Virus record (IMG/VR): IMGVR_UViG_3300005253_000675
Coordinates: 1 to 63,816 of that record
Direction: 5' to 3' (one strand)
Length of the DNA: 63,816 nt
Source: a virus
Taxonomy: Duplodnaviria; Caudoviricetes
The position numbers and the translations under genes were made by a program. Positions 46,168 to 56,639 of this stretch are shown here, piece by piece; positions within the stretch are counted from its first letter, which is position 1, and every line of letters starts with the position of its first letter. The notes under the pieces were generated by a model that was not told the origin of the DNA, searched no databases, and saw only the letters and a program-made list of their open reading frames with translations.

Positions 46168-48486
46168 ATGGCCACCTTTCCGATCGGGGCACAGGTAGGC
46201 GCGGACACCAGCGCGTTCGTCGGCGCGATGGGCGGAGCCACCCGCGGGCTCAGCGCGTTCACGGGGGCGGCGGGCCTGGGCGCCGCGGCGATCGGCGTCT
46301 TCGCGGGGGCGGCCGGCCTGGGCGTCGCGATCAGCGCGGCCCGCGAGTTCCAGACCGAGATGATCAAGCTCAACACGCTGGTGGGCATCCAGTCCGAGCA
46401 GGTGGAGGCGTGGGCCGACTCGATCAAGGACCTGGCCGTCGAGACGGGGAAGGCGCCGGCCGACCTGGCCCGGGCGATGTTCGCCATCACGTCGGGCGGC
46501 GCGCGAGGGCAGGAGGCGCTGGACCTGCTGGAGCAGGCGGCCAAGGCGAGCGCCATCGGCCTGGGCGACATGACGGCGATCGGTCGCACGGCCACCGCGA
46601 TGCTCCAGGCCTTCGGGTCCGAGGGGCTCACGGCCGAGAAGGCGATCGACATCATGACCGCCACGGTGCGGCTGGGCAACCTGGAGGCCAGCGGCCTGGC
46701 CACCGCGTTCTCACGGGTCCTGGGTCCGGCCAAGGCGCTGGGTACCAACGTGGAGAACATCGGCGCGTTCATGGCCACGTTCACCCGCCTGGGCGGCTCC
46801 ACCGAGGAGGCGGCCACCGGGCTGCTCAACGTCTTCAACCTCCTGATCAAGCCGCCCAAGGACGCTCGCAAGGCGATGGCGGAGTTCGGCATCTCGATCG
46901 AGGACGTACGGGCGACTCTCGCCGAGGACGGGCTGCCTGCCGCCCTAGCCCAGATGAAGGCCGGCTTTGAGGGCAACATCGACGCGATGGGCCGGGTGAT
47001 CCCCAACACGCGAGCCCTCATCGGGTTCCTGAACACCGCCGGCCTGCAGGCGGACAGCTTCGCCTCCGACCTGATCTCGATCGAAAACTCCTTGGGAGAA
47101 ACGGAGGTGGCCTTCGAGACCTGGGGTCAGACGGCCGACGCGGCGTTCGACCGGTTCTCGGCCCAGGCGAAGACGGCCGCGATCACGATCGGCGACCTCT
47201 TCCTGCCCCCGCTGATCTTGCTGCTCAACACGCTGACCAGCCTGGTCGGGTTCCTGGAGAAGTCGGCCGACGGCTGGGGCCTGATCTTCGGGGCGGTCGG
47301 CAAGGCTGGCGAGGAGGTGAAGGAGTTCCTCGCGCTGGCGGCCTCGGTACCCGTAGAGATCGAGCCGGGCACCCAGGCCGTGTCGGAGTTTGCGGAGGCG
47401 CTGGAGGGTATGAGCGACCTCAACCTGGAGTCGCTCCAGGGCCTGGCCGTGTTCAACATCCGTCAGCTGCAGGAGGCGCTCGCCTCTGGGAAGCTGACCG
47501 CTGATCAGCGGGAGCAGGCCATCGGCCAGCTGGAGCGAGAGCGTGAGCGGTTGCGGCTGGTGAACGACGAGATCCGGGAGCAGATCGCCGCCCGCGACGC
47601 AGCCGCCGAGGCGCTCAAGAACGAGGTGGAGGAGAAGGCGTTGGCGCGGCTCGCGACGGAGGACGAGCTGGAGGGCATCGAGTCGATCGTGAACGCGCTT
47701 CAGGATGAGCTGGACGGGCTGACGATGACCCGGGCCGCGATCATCGACAAGGAGCTGGTAGACCTGCGGGCCACGGACACGACGCGCGAGGCCGTGGCAG
47801 AGCTCCTGGAGGAGATCAGGGCTCAGAACGCTCTGGCCGACGCGGTGAAGGACGCGGCCCGCGAGAAGGACAAGTCGGCCCGGGACGAGACGCGTCGCCT
47901 CGCAACCCTGAAGAAGGAACGGGAGCGGGCGGCCGCGACAGCCCAGCGAAGGGCAGAGCGTGAGGAGCTGGCCAAGCTGAACGCTGAGATGCAGGAGGCC
48001 ATGGCGATCGCCCAGCAGTTCGCCGACACGATCGCGACCGCGTTCGAGGACGTGATCAGCGGGACGTCCAGCGTCGCCGAGGCCTTTGGCACCATGGTGA
48101 CCGAGATCCTGAAGCAGATCCAGCGGATCATCATCCAGAAGACCATCGTCGAGCCGCTCGTGGGCGCGCTTCTGGGTCAGATTGGGCCGTCTGCGTCGCG
48201 AGCCCACGGTGGCTCGGTATCGGCGGGCAGCTCGTTCTTGGTCGGCGAGCGCGGACCGGAGCTGTTCACGCCCGGCACCTCGGGCAACATCACGCCGAAC
48301 AGTCAGCTAGGCGGCGGGGCCGCGGTCATCGTGCAGCAGACGATCATCTTCTCGCCGAGCCTGATCGACGGGCGGTCAGGGGAGCGGTTCATCCAGGAGC
48401 AGGCCGGCGTCATCACGGGCCTGGTCGCCGAGGGCGCCCAGCGCAGCGCCCAGCTGGCCGGCGCGTTCCAGGGCGAGACGGGATGA
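46168..48486 (+). CDS. Tape measure protein
   Basis: TP901-like core, Ala-rich coiled coil, RAHGG.V..VGERGPELF. Confidence 0.95.
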   Translation: MATFPIGAQVGADTSAFVGAMGGATRGLSAFTGAAGLGAAAIGVFAGAAGLGVAISAAREFQTEMIKLNTLVGIQSEQVEAWADSIKDLAVETGKAPADLARAMFAITSGGARGQEALDLLEQAAKASAIGLGDMTAIGRTATAMLQAFGSEGLTAEKAIDIMTATVRLGNLEASGLATAFSRVLGPAKALGTNVENIGAFMATFTRLGGSTEEAATGLLNVFNLLIKPPKDARKAMAEFGISIEDVRATLAEDGLPAALAQMKAGFEGNIDAMGRVIPNTRALIGFLNTAGLQADSFASDLISIENSLGETEVAFETWGQTADAAFDRFSAQAKTAAITIGDLFLPPLILLLNTLTSLVGFLEKSADGWGLIFGAVGKAGEEVKEFLALAASVPVEIEPGTQAVSEFAEALEGMSDLNLESLQGLAVFNIRQLQEALASGKLTADQREQAIGQLERERERLRLVNDEIREQIAARDAAAEALKNEVEEKALARLATEDELEGIESIVNALQDELDGLTMTRAAIIDKELVDLRATDTTREAVAELLEEIRAQNALADAVKDAAREKDKSARDETRRLATLKKERERAAATAQRRAEREELAKLNAEMQEAMAIAQQFADTIATAFEDVISGTSSVAEAFGTMVTEILKQIQRIIIQKTIVEPLVGALLGQIGPSASRAHGGSVSAGSSFLVGERGPELFTPGTSGNITPNSQLGGGAAVIVQQTIIFSPSLIDGRSGERFIQEQAGVITGLVAEGAQRSAQLAGAFQGETG

Positions 48487-50567
48487 CCCTCAAGCCCAGC
48501 ATCGCCAGCCCGGAGGTCGAGTTCGACGCCCGCAGCGTCGCCGGCGTGCCCGAGGACGACTGGGACCAGACGGTCACGTGGCCCGACACGGCGGGAAAGC
48601 TCGGCGGGCCGTTCGACGGCACCGGCGCCGGGGGCACGCGACGGTTCGAGGAGTTCGGCGTCCGCGGCACGTTGCCCCAGGTCCGGTGCCGAGGCACGGG
48701 CAGCACGCCCGCTCGTCAGGACCGGTTCAGCTTTGACGCCGCGCCCTTCATCAACAGCAACGTCACCTTCTTCGCGGTCGTCCACGCGATCAGCCTGACC
48801 AACCATCTCCCGATCATCGGATCAAGCGTGGCTTCGACGCCACCTCGGATATGGTCTGTGTTCGCTAAGTCGAACGGAGCCATTGTCTTTACTCGTGGCA
48901 CCGACCCCTACGACGTGATCTCGGCGACCGGGGTCATCGTCGCGGGTGGGCTCTACGTGATCACGGCGAGGGCCGAGGGAACGACCATGATCCTGCGCGT
49001 GAACGGGGTCCAGGTTGGGGTCAACGCCTCCGCGGGGTCCGTTCTCGACTGGGCTAGCCCTCGTCTCTTTGAGGTTAAAGATACGACGACCGGTGGCGTG
49101 GGCGACACCACGGGTCGGGACAAGGCCGCGGCGTGGATCAGCGGCTACAGCTCGGCGGCGTCGGACCAGGACGTCATCGACATGGAGGGCTTCCTCGCCG
49201 ACCGGTTCTCGGTGCCCGGGGTGGTCTCGCCCACGGCGTCAAAGCCCGCCATCGCCAGCCCACAGATCGAGTACGACGTGAACTCCCTCGGCGCCCTCGG
49301 CGAGGGCGACACCGTCGCCCCCTGGGACGACCAGACCGTCAACGGGAACGACGCCATCGCGGTGGGCACCCCGGAGATGGACCTCGGCGGGTGGCTGAAG
49401 GACGGCGGGCCGGCCGTGCGGATGACGCTGCCCGACGGGCAGGTCAACTTCACCGACCCGGGCTTCGGGGGAGAGGACGAGATCACGTGCTTCTGGGTCT
49501 TTCGGTTGGTGGACATGTCCGCCACGAACGTCCTCACGGGCGGGACCTCGTTCACGTCCCTGACGCAGATCGAGGCCTTCGTCACAGCAGCCGGCAAGGT
49601 CACGGTCAGCTTCGGGACCGACGAGGGGGTGCTGGCGGTGTCGTCCGCGGACGGCGAGATCCTGCCCGACACCGACTACGTCCTCAGCTTCACCCACTCC
49701 TCGACGGACGGGAAGATCCTCCGCAAGAAGGTGCTCGACGTGAACGGCGTCCAGATCGGGGCCAACCCCGCCAGCACCGGCAACCTCATCGTCTGGAGCG
49801 GGCCCCAGCTCTGCAACATCGTCGACGTCGCCTTCGCCAAGTTCATGAAGTACATGTGGTTCAGCGGCTACACGTCCCTGGCCTCCGTCGGCCAGCTCAT
49901 CCAGATGGAGGAGTTCCTGGCCGAGACGTTCCTCGGCCAGAGCCCCCTGGCGGGGTTCCCTCGCGACGTGCCGCCCCGGCGCGTGGGCGGCCTGTTCAAC
50001 CCGGGCGCCGTCAAGCGTCGCACGAACGCGGGGCTCACGCAGATCAGGTCACTGACCGCGATCGGCTGGTCGTGGACGGAGACCTTTCCCCTGCTCCGGG
50101 TGTCTGATCCCGACCACGTGGCGCTGACGGCGTTCATCAAGAACGCCTGGCATGCGGGCCAGATCTTCAAGGCCGTCCACCCCCTGCGTCCGGGCAGCGG
50201 GCTCACGCCCAACGGGCTCGGCACCGCGAACGTCATGGTCGTGGGAGCGGGCCAGACGGGGAACAGCGTTCTCACCGACGGGTGGCCCATCAACACTGTC
50301 AACTGCGTCGTGGCCGGGGACGTGATCTCCATCGGCGGCGAGGTCGCCGTCTACGAGGTGGTCCAGTCGGCCGACTCCAACGGGACGGGCGAGGTGACCG
50401 TCCTCGTGAACCCTAACCTTCGGTCGTCGCCCGCTGACAACGCCCTCGTGACGACGACCGACGTGGAGTTCGTCGTGACGATCCTAGACCGCTCCAGGTT
50501 CGAGTCGGCCCAGCCGCCGAACCTCTTCGCGGACTATCAGGTGACGTTCGGCGAGGCGCTGCTCTGA
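48483..50567 (+). CDS. Distal-tail-like protein with two N-terminal LamG-like repeats
   Basis: KP.IASP..E.D repeated twice; C-terminal ~200 aa paralogous to the next gene. Confidence 0.75.
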   Translation: MTLKPSIASPEVEFDARSVAGVPEDDWDQTVTWPDTAGKLGGPFDGTGAGGTRRFEEFGVRGTLPQVRCRGTGSTPARQDRFSFDAAPFINSNVTFFAVVHAISLTNHLPIIGSSVASTPPRIWSVFAKSNGAIVFTRGTDPYDVISATGVIVAGGLYVITARAEGTTMILRVNGVQVGVNASAGSVLDWASPRLFEVKDTTTGGVGDTTGRDKAAAWISGYSSAASDQDVIDMEGFLADRFSVPGVVSPTASKPAIASPQIEYDVNSLGALGEGDTVAPWDDQTVNGNDAIAVGTPEMDLGGWLKDGGPAVRMTLPDGQVNFTDPGFGGEDEITCFWVFRLVDMSATNVLTGGTSFTSLTQIEAFVTAAGKVTVSFGTDEGVLAVSSADGEILPDTDYVLSFTHSSTDGKILRKKVLDVNGVQIGANPASTGNLIVWSGPQLCNIVDVAFAKFMKYMWFSGYTSLASVGQLIQMEEFLAETFLGQSPLAGFPRDVPPRRVGGLFNPGAVKRRTNAGLTQIRSLTAIGWSWTETFPLLRVSDPDHVALTAFIKNAWHAGQIFKAVHPLRPGSGLTPNGLGTANVMVVGAGQTGNSVLTDGWPINTVNCVVAGDVISIGGEVAVYEVVQSADSNGTGEVTVLVNPNLRSSPADNALVTTTDVEFVVTILDRSRFESAQPPNLFADYQVTFGEALL

Positions 50568-51193
50568 TGGCCGTCTTCCCGGCGGCACCGGCGCCCATCA
50601 CCGTGGGCGACCTCTGGGGCTCGGGCGCGCTCAAGGACGTCGGGCCGTCGGGGCTCATCCAGCTGCGACCCACGAAGGCCGCGGGCTGGTCGTGGAACCA
50701 GACCTGGGGACTGCTCAGCGTGCGCAGCTTCGTCCACATGGAGCTGATCGCCTTCCTGGACCGGGCCTGGAACCGGGGGGAGATCTTCGACGTCACGCAC
50801 CCGCTGGTGCCCGGCAGTGGCACGTCGCCCAACGGGCTCGGCACGAGCGGGGTCCTGGTCGACGGCGCGGCTCAGCTGGTCGGCGCGACCTCCATCTTCA
50901 CGGACGGGTGGCCGGTCTCCACGCAGGACGTGACGCGAGCCGGGGACGTGATCAAGATCGCCGGCGACTCGGCGGTCTATCTCGTCACCGCCCGCGTCTC
51001 CTCGAACGGCGCGGGCGGGGCGGAGGTGCCCATCACCCCGCCCCTCAGAAAGAGCCCGGCTGACGACGCGGCCGTGACCACCGCCGACGTGACGTTCAGG
51101 GCGGTGCTGGCGGAGCGGTCACGGTTCGAGGCCTCACGCCCGCCCCTGTTCCACGGGGGCTACTCGGTCGTCTTCACGGAGGCCCTAGCGTGA
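50567..51193 (+). CDS. Distal-tail-like protein
   Basis: AGDVI.I.G..VY, I.PPLR.SPAD. Confidence 0.75.
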   Translation: MAVFPAAPAPITVGDLWGSGALKDVGPSGLIQLRPTKAAGWSWNQTWGLLSVRSFVHMELIAFLDRAWNRGEIFDVTHPLVPGSGTSPNGLGTSGVLVDGAAQLVGATSIFTDGWPVSTQDVTRAGDVIKIAGDSAVYLVTARVSSNGAGGAEVPITPPLRKSPADDAAVTTADVTFRAVLAERSRFEASRPPLFHGGYSVVFTEALA

Positions 51194-51846
51194 GCCCGCG
51201 TACACTGAACACGGCGGTAGACGCGGAGAGGCTGGAGTTCACCTACCTCTACGAGATCAACCACAGCGGTGGGACGATCTTCATCACCAACGCGTCCCGG
51301 GACATCGTCGCCCTGGGCGAGACGTGGACCGCGGTCGGCGGCGCGCTGCTGCAGGGGCCGGTGTCGGACATGTCCGACCGCAAGGCCCAGGGCGTGGAGC
51401 TGAGCCTCTGGGGCGTCAGCCAGACGATCATCGCGCTGATCCAGCTCAACCAGTTCCGGGGACGGACCATCCTGATCTACCTCGTCGGCGGCGACCCCGA
51501 CACGGGCGCGTTTACGACGCCCGACCTCATCTTCAGGGGACGCCAGAACTCGGACTACAAGATCACCGAGGAGCGGGACCACGACTCCACGACGTCGGGC
51601 GGCTCGGTCGTCGTGAAGACCCGCATCTCGTCGGACCTCTCGCAGATCAACACCAAGATGTCCTGCCGCTGCTCGGTGCCCAGTCACCAGGCATACCTGA
51701 GTCGCGCCGGCTTAGACCCGGACGACGACTTCTTCGAGCGCACCCTCTCGATCATGAACACGGCGATCTACTGGGGCACGGAGAACCCCGACCTCCCGGA
51801 GCCCACGCCGCAGAACATCTGGGCCAACCGCGGTGGTGACAACTGA
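51190..51846 (+). CDS. Minor tail/baseplate hub protein
   Basis: Position; D.FFE..IYWG. Confidence 0.75.
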   Translation: MSPRTLNTAVDAERLEFTYLYEINHSGGTIFITNASRDIVALGETWTAVGGALLQGPVSDMSDRKAQGVELSLWGVSQTIIALIQLNQFRGRTILIYLVGGDPDTGAFTTPDLIFRGRQNSDYKITEERDHDSTTSGGSVVVKTRISSDLSQINTKMSCRCSVPSHQAYLSRAGLDPDDDFFERTLSIMNTAIYWGTENPDLPEPTPQNIWANRGGDN

Positions 51847-52301
51847 TGACCAGGCCGCGGCTGGAGCGCGTCGAGAACTGGGACTCACGCCTGGTAGAGT
51901 TCGCCCGAGAGGTCACGGACCAGCCGTTCGAGTGGGGCGTGACCGACTGCGCCTCGCTCGCGCGACGCGGGCTGGAGGTCGTCTTCGGGCTGGACCTGTG
52001 GCGGGGACACGTCGGCACGTGGAAGACGAGGCGCGGCGCCCTCGGCGTGTCCGGGCGAACGGAGCACCAGGAGGCCCTCAGAGCGTCCGGGGCGGTCGAG
52101 GTAGGCAAACACTACGCCTGGAGCGCCGACGTGGCACTGGGGGACAGCGTGGACGACCACGGCATGCTGCAGGTCGCGCTCCTGCTGCCCACGAGGAAGG
52201 CGATGACGTCCACGCCCGAGCGGGGCGTCCTGATCGTCGACAAGCTCAGCCTCGCCGAGGGCACCACGTTCTGGCGGTACACCACCGAGGAGACGGGCTG
52301 A
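51846..52301 (+). CDS. NlpC/P60-like tail assembly protein
   Basis: PFEWGVTDC. Confidence 0.8.
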   Translation: MTRPRLERVENWDSRLVEFAREVTDQPFEWGVTDCASLARRGLEVVFGLDLWRGHVGTWKTRRGALGVSGRTEHQEALRASGAVEVGKHYAWSADVALGDSVDDHGMLQVALLLPTRKAMTSTPERGVLIVDKLSLAEGTTFWRYTTEETG

Positions 52302-54745
52302 TGTCCGGCGCCAAGGACTTCATCATCGGCGGCGTGGCCATCGGGCTGAGCTTCGTAGCGGCCGCGGTGCCGGGCGGGCAGTTCCTCGCGGGGCCGCTGT
52401 TCGCGTACGGCACCGGGCGGATCATCCAGGGGCTGACCAAGATCTTCTTCACCGAGGAGCAGCGGATCCAGGGGCAGAAGCTCAACGTCCGCAGCACCCA
52501 GGCGTCGCTCCCGGTGGTCTACGGGATCAGCCGCGTGGGCCTGAAGGTCATGGACATGCGCATCGTCAACGACCAGGACCCCGCCACACCGAGCGCCGAC
52601 CCGGCGGCGCTGTTTCCCACGGGCGGCGGGGAGGACGCGGACGAGGCCGCGGACAACGATGACATCCTCGCGAAGGTCGGCGCCCTGGCCCTGGGCGCGG
52701 TGGACGGCACCGGCGTCCAGGACATGAACAACGTCCGGGTCTACTCGGACACGTTCAACGCCATCCCCAACCCCGGCCCGTTCTCGGCGGCGCCGACTAA
52801 CGCGGGCGTGGACGCCCGGTACGCCACCCACCTGAAGTACATCCTGGAGGACGGGAGCGACGTCCAGTCGCCACGCGTCGAGCTACAGAACCAGCTGGGG
52901 TGGACCGCCAACTTCCACGGCCGAGGCGTGGCCTACGCCGCGTTCTTCTCGTTCTACCGGCCCGACGTGTGGAACCAGGGGATGCCGCAGTACACGGTCG
53001 AGGTCACGGGGAACCGGGTCTACGACCCGCGGACCTCGGCGTTCATCAACTTCGCCACGTCCGGGCCGTCGTCGGACAACCCCGCCCTCTGCGTCCTGGA
53101 CTACCTCACCTCGGGGAGGTACGGCGGGGCGGTCCCGTACGCGGCCCGCGACGGCGGGGCCGACGACTTTATCGACGAGCAAAGCTTCATCGACGCGGCC
53201 AACTACTGCGACGACCTGGTCTCGATCCAGCCGTCGGGGACCGAGAAGCGGTTCCGGATGAACGCTGCGCTCGACACCGGGATCATGGTGGCCGCCAACG
53301 TCCAGGACATGCTGGCCACCTGCCGGGGCGAGCTGATCTGGCAGAACGGGCTCTACCGGCTGATCATCCGACAGGTGACCACCCCGGAGACGTTCGAGCT
53401 CACGGAGGACAACATCGTCGGGGCGATCCAGTGGACCCGGAAGGGCGCGTCCGTCCCCAACCACATGGAGGCGGTCTTCCCCGACTCGCTGGACAACGAC
53501 TACAACCCGAACACGGTGACGTGGCCGCTGGTCGGCGACACGACGCTCCTGGACGAGGACGCCGGCGTGGAGAACCGGGCGGAGCTGGCCCTGCCCTACA
53601 CGACCACGTACCTGCAGGCCCAGCGTACGATCATGGTCCTGCTCCGCGAGGCGCGGAACGACGTCTTCATCAACCTCACCGCGACCCAGGCTGCCTACGA
53701 GCTGCAGGTGGGCGCCGTGGTGAAGGTCACCCACGAGGGGCCCGGCTTCGATCAGCTGGAGATGACGGTCCGCCAGATCTCCCTGACCCCGGACGGGCTC
53801 GTCGGGCTCGCGCTCCAGCAGTACACGGCCGCGGCCTACGACCTGGACACGCTCGCCGCCCAGCCGTCGGCGCCGACGACGAACCTTCCGGACCTGACGT
53901 CGATCGATCCGCCAACCGCGCTGGTATTAACCGCGGACGAGACGACCACGCTGCGGACCCAGGACGGTCAGGCGGTGCCCCGGATCCGGGTGGAGTGGAC
54001 GCCGCCGGTGGACCCGTACCTGTCGCACTACGAGGGCCAGTTCTTTCGGACCGCGGCACCGACGGAGCTGGAGGCGATCGCCAACCCGCAGAAGTTCGAC
54101 GACAACATCTTCATCTGGCCGGTGACGGAGGCCGAGAACTACACGGTCCAGATCAGGTCGGTGAACAGCCTCGGGGTCAAGAGCGCGTTCGTCTCGGCCA
54201 GTATAACTGTGGTCAGTGAGGGCCAACCCGACTTCTCGTTGACGGCGATTCTCGACGTATCCCTGGCGGCGGTCGTGGAGGCGGACGGGAACGCGGGAGT
54301 GGCGTCCTACAAGATCGCCTTCGTGAAGGGGTTCTCGCCGCTCACCGAGCCGACCGACGCGGTGGTCCGAGCCAGGGGGTTCGTGAACGGCCAGAAGCTC
54401 AGCGTCGCGGACGTCAACGCGGCCTACACCGACGTCCCGGTGGCGCTCGGCCCCGGCGAGGCGTGCCTGTTCAAGGCGTTCGCCTACTCGCTGGCGGGTG
54501 GCGTGGGGAACGAGTCAGAGCTGCCGGTGACGGCGTTCGTGACCCGGTTCATCGACCTGGTGTTCCTCAACCTGGCCGGGGGCAACTATACGATCGTGCA
54601 GGACGAGCTGCTCCACAACGCCGACATCGTGTTCGACCTGAGCGAGAGCCGGCTCAGGATCCAGGACTCGGTGCAGGGCGGGGCGGCGTTGGCCATCACG
54701 AGCGGTGACAGGATCCTGATCCTGGCCGCGCCGGACGTACCCTAA
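52301..54745 (+). CDS. Central tail tip/host-specificity protein (J-like) with FN3-like domain
   Basis: LPVVYG..RV, G.AY, G..VYDPR, NPALC..DYL...RYG, F..AANYCD. Confidence 0.9.
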   Translation: MSGAKDFIIGGVAIGLSFVAAAVPGGQFLAGPLFAYGTGRIIQGLTKIFFTEEQRIQGQKLNVRSTQASLPVVYGISRVGLKVMDMRIVNDQDPATPSADPAALFPTGGGEDADEAADNDDILAKVGALALGAVDGTGVQDMNNVRVYSDTFNAIPNPGPFSAAPTNAGVDARYATHLKYILEDGSDVQSPRVELQNQLGWTANFHGRGVAYAAFFSFYRPDVWNQGMPQYTVEVTGNRVYDPRTSAFINFATSGPSSDNPALCVLDYLTSGRYGGAVPYAARDGGADDFIDEQSFIDAANYCDDLVSIQPSGTEKRFRMNAALDTGIMVAANVQDMLATCRGELIWQNGLYRLIIRQVTTPETFELTEDNIVGAIQWTRKGASVPNHMEAVFPDSLDNDYNPNTVTWPLVGDTTLLDEDAGVENRAELALPYTTTYLQAQRTIMVLLREARNDVFINLTATQAAYELQVGAVVKVTHEGPGFDQLEMTVRQISLTPDGLVGLALQQYTAAAYDLDTLAAQPSAPTTNLPDLTSIDPPTALVLTADETTTLRTQDGQAVPRIRVEWTPPVDPYLSHYEGQFFRTAAPTELEAIANPQKFDDNIFIWPVTEAENYTVQIRSVNSLGVKSAFVSASITVVSEGQPDFSLTAILDVSLAAVVEADGNAGVASYKIAFVKGFSPLTEPTDAVVRARGFVNGQKLSVADVNAAYTDVPVALGPGEACLFKAFAYSLAGGVGNESELPVTAFVTRFIDLVFLNLAGGNYTIVQDELLHNADIVFDLSESRLRIQDSVQGGAALAITSGDRILILAAPDVP

Positions 54746-54758
54746 AGGGAGAGACAGA

Positions 54759-55559
54759 ATGTCAACCTTCGTACTGATCGACGTCGGGGGCGGAGACCTT
54801 AGCGACCCGCTGAGGCTGGAGAACGACACGTCCGGGAACGCCGCGATCTTCCGGGTTCAGAACAACGGCAACCTCGTCGTGCTCATCGACGGCGTGCTCA
54901 TCACGCTGGCCAACCACGTACAGATCTCCAACAGCTTGATCGTCGGGCTGGGCCTCGTGCAGACGGGCACCGCCAGCGTGGGCTTCGGGCTCACCCCGCC
55001 CGCCGACGGGAAGCTGTTCGCCACGAAGACCGCCTCCAGCGGCTTCATCTTCGAGGGCGTGGACACGGAGGTCACGAACCCCTTCGGGATGCTGCTCAAC
55101 TTCTCGGCGTCCTCGCCGGACGACAACATCCGTCGGTTCCTGGAGTGTATCGACGCCACCACCGCTCGGTTGTTCATCGACTCAGACGGTGACGTGAACA
55201 ACCATGACGGGATCTACGGGACGATCTCCGACGAGACGCTCAAGCAGGACATCGAGGACGCCGCGTCTCAGTGGGACGACTTCAAGGCGCTGCGGTTCCG
55301 GAAGTTCAAATTCAAGACGGACGTGGCGGCGCACGGGGCTGGCGCGCAGACCAAGCTCGGGCTGGTCGCGCAGGAGGTGCGGGCCACGTCACCCGGCCTC
55401 GTCGGCTCGTCCGACATGAGGCACGACCAACGAGACCCCAAGAAGCCTCACGTTCCCGACATGAAGCTGACCCTGAAGCAGTCCATCGTGTTCATGAAGG
55501 GGATGAAGGCGCTACAGGAAGCGATGCTGCGGATCGAGGCACTGGAGGCGGGACCATGA
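54759..55559 (+). CDS. Tail fibre with peptidase S74 intramolecular chaperone
   Basis: ISDETLKQDI, GLVAQEV, KALQEA..RIE.LE. Confidence 0.88.
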   Translation: MSTFVLIDVGGGDLSDPLRLENDTSGNAAIFRVQNNGNLVVLIDGVLITLANHVQISNSLIVGLGLVQTGTASVGFGLTPPADGKLFATKTASSGFIFEGVDTEVTNPFGMLLNFSASSPDDNIRRFLECIDATTARLFIDSDGDVNNHDGIYGTISDETLKQDIEDAASQWDDFKALRFRKFKFKTDVAAHGAGAQTKLGLVAQEVRATSPGLVGSSDMRHDQRDPKKPHVPDMKLTLKQSIVFMKGMKALQEAMLRIEALEAGP

Positions 55560-55774
55560 AGCTAGACAGCGAGGAACAACGAGAGGATCTGCTGGAGCTG
55601 CTCAGCACCGTGAGGGTCAGCACGACGCTCGGCACGATCCATGAGACGCAGGCCGAGGCCGACCGGATCATGGACCCGATCAGGAACGCCGGGATCGAGG
55701 GCGAGGACGAGCGGCCAGTGGTACCGATCGAGAGCCTGGCGCCTGACCCGCCGAAGCTGGAGGCCGTGCCGTGA
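55556..55774 (+). CDS. Small protein
   Basis: GGAGG + ATGA coupling. Confidence 0.6.
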   Translation: MKLDSEEQREDLLELLSTVRVSTTLGTIHETQAEADRIMDPIRNAGIEGEDERPVVPIESLAPDPPKLEAVP

Positions 55775-56088
55775 GCATGTTCAACGACGAGAAGGGCAAG
55801 ACGAGCATGGGCCGCGCTCTGCTCCTGACCCACACGTTCTTCAACTGGATCTGGATGTGGCTGTTCATCCTCGGGCTCGTGGAGCCGATGGACGGCGACG
55901 TGCTCAACATGCTGATCGGCTCGCTGGACGTCACCATGTTCATCGTCTTCGGCGGCTGGGTGATCGGGCCTAGATCCTTCCAATACCTCTTCCCGCAGCT
56001 GGGCACGGTCGCGTCGGCCGCGGGGAAGCTGGTCGGTCGAGCCAGGGGGACCGACGACCGGTACACCGACGACGAGAGGGACCTGTGA
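55771..56088 (+). CDS. Holin-like membrane protein
   Basis: Two hydrophobic segments, charged C-terminus, next to the amidase. Confidence 0.65.
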   Translation: MSMFNDEKGKTSMGRALLLTHTFFNWIWMWLFILGLVEPMDGDVLNMLIGSLDVTMFIVFGGWVIGPRSFQYLFPQLGTVASAAGKLVGRARGTDDRYTDDERDL

Positions 56089-56639
56089 GGGGCGTGCTCG
56101 GGTGGGACTACGAGCTGGTCGAGACCGTGGCCAACGGACAGTACAGCTCCCGGCTGAGGGACGAGCGGCGCGGGGTCATGCTGCACTACGACGGCTCGGG
56201 CTCGGACCGCGGGGCGGTCCAGTGGTTCGGCGACCCGCGCTGCCGGGTCTCCTACAACGTGCTCGTGCTCGACGACGGGGACTACGTTCAGATCGCCCCG
56301 GACGAGGCCCGTGCCTGGCACGCCGGCCGGTGCGCGACGTCTGACCCGGCCCAGCTCCCGTACACCGACGCCAACAGCGCCTTCTACGGGGTGGCCATCG
56401 CCAGCTCCGGCAAGGAGGCCGTCACGCCGGTCCAGCTGCTCACGGTGGTGGCGCTCTGCCGCGGCTACTTCCGGAGGCACGGGTGGCCACTGGGCCAGAC
56501 GTGGCGCATCGTGAGTCACCGGTCCGAGGCGACGCCCCGTGGCCGGAAGACCGACCCGGAGGGCGCGGACCTGAAGAACCCGATCATGTCTACCGAGTAC
56601 GTCCGCGGGCTACTATCTAAGGTGAGAGAGACGACGTGA
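56085..56639 (+). CDS. Endolysin, N-acetylmuramoyl-L-alanine amidase (Amidase_2)
   Basis: MLHY, VSYN, AWHAG, SH, RKTDP. Confidence 0.9.
   Translation: MRGVLGWDYELVETVANGQYSSRLRDERRGVMLHYDGSGSDRGAVQWFGDPRCRVSYNVLVLDDGDYVQIAPDEARAWHAGRCATSDPAQLPYTDANSAFYGVAIASSGKEAVTPVQLLTVVALCRGYFRRHGWPLGQTWRIVSHRSEATPRGRKTDPEGADLKNPIMSTEYVRGLLSKVRETT

Noticed and set aside
48483-55559. Diversity-generating retroelement in the tail genes
   Set aside because: No reverse transcriptase; the duplicated segments are diverged protein paralogues, not adenine-specific TR/VR pairs
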